Shown piece by piece: positions 61,501 to 64,000 of a stretch of 64,000 bases of DNA. The notes beneath the pieces were generated by a model. The model saw nothing but the letters and a program-made list of their open reading frames with translations, was not told the DNA's origin and made no database searches. The first letter of the stretch is position 1, and each line of letters starts with the position of its first letter. The DNA comes from Ensifer sp. (lineage in GTDB: Bacteria > Pseudomonadota > Alphaproteobacteria > Rhizobiales > Rhizobiaceae). Location of the stretch: the NCBI GenBank assembly GCA_050301895.1, contig JBNKZZ010000001.1, forward strand, positions 34,656-98,655, written 5' to 3'. A program made the position numbers and the translations under genes.

Positions 61501-63354
61501 TGCATCATCCAGGCGTTGGCCGTCTCGTGCCAGCTCCAGAGCGGAATCGGTTTGAACATCGAGCTGCATGTCATGCAGAATGACAGGCTGATCGCCGTCT
61601 TCGCTGCGCAATGTCAGTTCGAAAGTTCGCTCCGAAATGACCCGAAAACCCAGATTCTCCAAAAGCGGGACCCGTCGAGACAGCGAAAGCGGGATCTCCG
61701 CATGGAAGATCTTCAGTCCAAGTGTGCCGGGTCGGTCTTCCAGCGCGTGGAATTTCAGCGATATTCCGCTTGTCGCTGCTTTATCGAGATCATCCAGATC
61801 GCCATAGGCTTCATTGGGATCAAAGGCCGTCTGGTAGGCCCGACTGGCGCTCAGGGAGATATTGTGTCCCTCGGCAAGCGCTGCGAAGCGATCATCCCAG
61901 TTTGTTGCGATCTCGCGAACAGCATGCTCCAGTTCCGCCTGAGGGATGTTGGGGGTCTTGCCCTCGCTGCGGCCAATGATGAAGTGCACGCGTGCCACGC
62001 CGCCTTCGGGGAAAGCCGGATAGTAGGCCGAAAGTCGTCCTTGGTAGGCCTGCGTAAAATATTCGCCGATCTTCTCTCGAACCCGGGAATCATACTGATC
62101 ACGCGGGACATAGACGATGAGCGAAACAAAACGGTCAAAATGGTCGATGCGGGGTAGAACGCGCACTCTCGGTCGTTCAACCAGCTCCATGATCTGCTCG
62201 GCGAAACCGGCCAACAAATTGGTATCAATCTGGAAGAGATCGTCGCGGGGATAGGACTCCAGCGAGTTGATCAGCGTTTTTCCCGAGTGGCTGGCGACGT
62301 CCAGCCCAAATCGCTGCACAATTCTGGAAATTTTTGAGCGCAACAACGGAATTTGGGCGGCGGGCCGGGTATAGGCGGTTGAAGTGAAAAGGCCGACAAC
62401 GCGTAGCTCACCGCTTACGCTACCATTTTTATTGTAGAGCTTGATACCGACATAGTCCATGTAGGCGCGGCGATGCACAACGGACTTCACATTCGCCTTG
62501 GTGACGATCAGGTCGTTCGGCCCTTCCAGAAATGCAATAATCTCCGGTGTTGTTGTAACTGCATCCTTACCAAAGCGAAGCACCCGCACGTCTGGATCCG
62601 ACAGAATGCCGAGACCATCTCCTCTAGCGCGCTCTACTTTGCCATCTTTGCCGCCGGAAAAATTATACTCACGCATTCCCAGAAAGGTGAAATTGTCGTC
62701 GCGGAGCCACTTCAGGAACGCCAGCGATTCTTCATGATCCTGGCGTTTTTCGATTGCCTGCTGTGCTTTCAGTCCACTGATCGCATCATCAAGCGTCTGC
62801 AGCATAAGCGGCCAGTCGTTTACCGATTGCACGACTTTGGAAAGAACGTTGTTAACACCTGCGAGCAGGCCTTCGGCGGCAATATCATTGAGAGCTGGCA
62901 GGTGGATCTGGATGTAGCTGACCCGTTCGGCTGGGTCGTCCTTGTCTTTGTGGGTTGAGATGCGAACAGGCTTGTCTTTGGCAACTAGCAGGATTGGATG
63001 CACCGCCAGCAAAATGTTGCGCTGCTGGGCCACCACTTCTCCCATCACTGAATCAAATAGAAATGGCATGTTTCGCGCAGTGACGGAGAGTATGGAGCAT
63101 GCCTGCCCGCCAGGCTTCACGTCGCTCGGAGAATGAAGGCTTACCTTAGGCGTTATAGCGCGCCATGAATTGATTTCATCGGCAGCGAGACACGCCGCGT
63201 GGACAAGCATTTCGGCGCTGTAGTTTTCCAGATCTTCCGGACTGGCGCGATCAAAGAGCAGGGCGGGATCGATGTAAGACCGCCCCAGATCTGCGGCCAG
63301 TTTGCGGCCTTCTGAAAGTAATTTGTCGCGCTTGGAATTTCTGCGAATACCCAT
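58579..63354 (-). CDS. gdhZ: Large NAD-specific glutamate dehydrogenase (GdhZ/GdhB type)
   Basis: ARGGLRWSDR, VPVGAKGG, VVAADKGTATFSD, GDMSGDVFGNG and EGANLG motifs; GGGAGG RBS before MGIRR. Confidence 0.95.
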   Translation of the reverse strand: MGIRRNSKRDKLLSEGRKLAADLGRSYIDPALLFDRASPEDLENYSAEMLVHAACLAADEINSWRAITPKVSLHSPSDVKPGGQACSILSVTARNMPFLFDSVMGEVVAQQRNILLAVHPILLVAKDKPVRISTHKDKDDPAERVSYIQIHLPALNDIAAEGLLAGVNNVLSKVVQSVNDWPLMLQTLDDAISGLKAQQAIEKRQDHEESLAFLKWLRDDNFTFLGMREYNFSGGKDGKVERARGDGLGILSDPDVRVLRFGKDAVTTTPEIIAFLEGPNDLIVTKANVKSVVHRRAYMDYVGIKLYNKNGSVSGELRVVGLFTSTAYTRPAAQIPLLRSKISRIVQRFGLDVASHSGKTLINSLESYPRDDLFQIDTNLLAGFAEQIMELVERPRVRVLPRIDHFDRFVSLIVYVPRDQYDSRVREKIGEYFTQAYQGRLSAYYPAFPEGGVARVHFIIGRSEGKTPNIPQAELEHAVREIATNWDDRFAALAEGHNISLSASRAYQTAFDPNEAYGDLDDLDKAATSGISLKFHALEDRPGTLGLKIFHAEIPLSLSRRVPLLENLGFRVISERTFELTLRSEDGDQPVILHDMQLDVQTDSALELARDGQRLDDAFLAAFTGIVDDDSFNRLVLSAKLTFREVSVLRAYARYMRQAGVTYSQGYIADTLARHPDIAVHLLKLFEARFDPSMTGKTREQAQRTICESIENDLASVPSLDEDRILRRYINVIKATLRVNYYQIDDEGGPRQTLAFKLDPRSVEGLPEPHPYREIFVYGGEVEGIHLRYGKVARGGLRWSDRAQDYRTEVLGLVKAQQVKNSVIVPVGAKGGFYPKKLPVGGSRDEVFEAGKSAYKTFIRTLLSVTDNIDGNEIIPPENTIRHDEDDPYFVVAADKGTATFSDTANELAQEAGFWLDDAFASGGSAGYDHKKMGITARGAWETVKRHFREMDIDIQSTPFTVAGVGDMSGDVFGNGMLLSRKIRLIAAFDHRDIMIDPDPDIAISYAERQRLFALPRSSWQDYGKDKLSKGGMIISRAEKSVRLTPEAAAAIGLGKTSATPFEVINAILRAEVDLFWFGGIGTYIRSSAETNAEVGDRANDPVRISAAEVRAKVIGEGANLGVTQRGRIAFGLKGGRCNSDAIDNSAGVNSSDVEVNIKIALANAMREGRLTRSARNKLLASMTDDVAELVLRNNYLQSLAITLCQRKGLRNAAELTQLMNRLEADGHLDRANENLPDTQTMQERYASGHPLTRAEIGVLLSYSKIVLFDELVASELPDDPWFEPLLTSYFPTRMRKTYHGDIESHRLRREIIATQLANHAINRGGPAFLSSMRDSTGASSSEIVKAAIIVSDGFDMTKIWGEIDALDNAISGDLQNSLYEMVAQLYETSSRLVIKTGLAKLPLEQAVNRLRKACANAMKQLSAILPQHQVAAISNKAETLTNAGIPQRLADELAAIQALDVIPEIVTIADAANEKLERAGHIFFGVSETFRVSRLLAAAESLQPSDQFEAQALAHSLDEISDSRRAISMSVLVEGKGEKNPLLAWHEKHNKSLGELASRLTNLTDTAEPTLARCVVAAGWLNTLAKDTGA

Positions 63355-63583
63355 TGATTCCTCCCCCCGGAGATCAAAAACGGCGCATTTTGCGCCAAAA
63401 CTCACTCAATATGAGCTGAAGATAGTGATATTTGTGTGATATTTGTCCAAATTTGGCGCTCGCGTGTCACGATACATATTCATAGGCACCGTATCGGTTG
63501 GCTGTAAACTGCTTCAATTGGAATTCATGGAAATAAGTTCAGATGCGCTTGACTAAATCGAATAGACGGATGTGAAGTCACAT

Positions 63584-64000
63584 ATGCTAAAGAGATCGCA
63601 CCAAAGTTCCGTTTTATCCATTTCCAGCCATGTCATGCGGGGCAGCATTGGCAATCGTGCAATTGGTTTCGCCCTGGAGGCACTGGGTCACAATGCCTGG
63701 CTGGTTCCCACAATTGTTCTGCCCTGGCATCCAGGTCACGGACCTTCAACGCGCCTCAACTTCGACGCTGGGGCATTCGGCACGGCTCTTGAGGAACTTG
63801 GCGACAGCAAGTGGCATTCAGAGATCTCTGCGGTCTTGACCGGCTATTTCAGCGACACCGCACAAGTGACGGCCGCTGCAAAGTTGATTTCAAAACTGAA
63901 GCAGCAAAATCCGGAGCTGCTCTATCTTTGCGATCCTGTCATTGGTGATGCACGTGGTCTGTACGTGCCTGAACCGATTGCCGCTTCCATTCGCGATGAA
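63584..64000 (+). CDS. pdxY: Pyridoxal kinase PdxY, 3'-truncated by window edge (absent from the ORF track)
   Basis: Translated by hand from ATG 63584: MLKRSHQSSVLSISSHVMRGSIGNRAIGFALEALG...PWHPGHG...VLTGYF...LCDPVIGD..GLYV. Confidence 0.92.
   Translation, partial: MLKRSHQSSVLSISSHVMRGSIGNRAIGFALEALGHNAWLVPTIVLPWHPGHGPSTRLNFDAGAFGTALEELGDSKWHSEISAVLTGYFSDTAQVTAAAKLISKLKQQNPELLYLCDPVIGDARGLYVPEPIAASIRDE

Noticed and set aside
63630-63839. 69-aa ORF in the supplied track
   Set aside because: Out-of-frame overlap of pdxY, which starts at 63584 and runs off the window

Overview
This window is the core chromosomal origin region of a Rhizobiaceae-like alphaproteobacterium, and it is almost entirely housekeeping. 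From left to right: ahcY-divL-tsaE/amgK-murU-addBA-trxA; the reverse-strand block trpF-trpB-trpA-accD-folC; phaZ, a nitroreductase, gyrB, tim44-mltA-smr-XRE, fxsA-secB and maf-coaE-dnaQ. Then comes a DnaA-box-rich oriC (about 30470-31030), followed by hemE-hemJ-rho-mnmE-mnmG-rsmG-parA-parB, leuS-lptE-holA, yggS, prpE, trcR and acs. The right end has a secreted thermonuclease plus Excalibur pair, htpX-rsmB, a heparinase II/III-like gene, purH, an MFS transporter, the large NAD-GDH and a partial pdxY. I see no mobile elements, CRISPR arrays, rRNA or tRNA, and no clear new multi-gene system. The best leads are non-coding or structural. (i) aroE and ppsR are missing from their usual ori-flanking positions, and a short scar keeps the parS that normally lies in the aroE 5' end. 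(ii) There is a full CtrA-type box and a 9-site GANTC cluster inside oriC. (iii) A perfect CtrA box precedes the heparinase II/III-like gene. (iv) An array of GGAAT-type boxes covers the start of the nuclease-Excalibur pair. (v) An 11-bp tandem repeat lies upstream of NAD-GDH. All product calls come from recognising motifs and gene order by eye; no searches were run.
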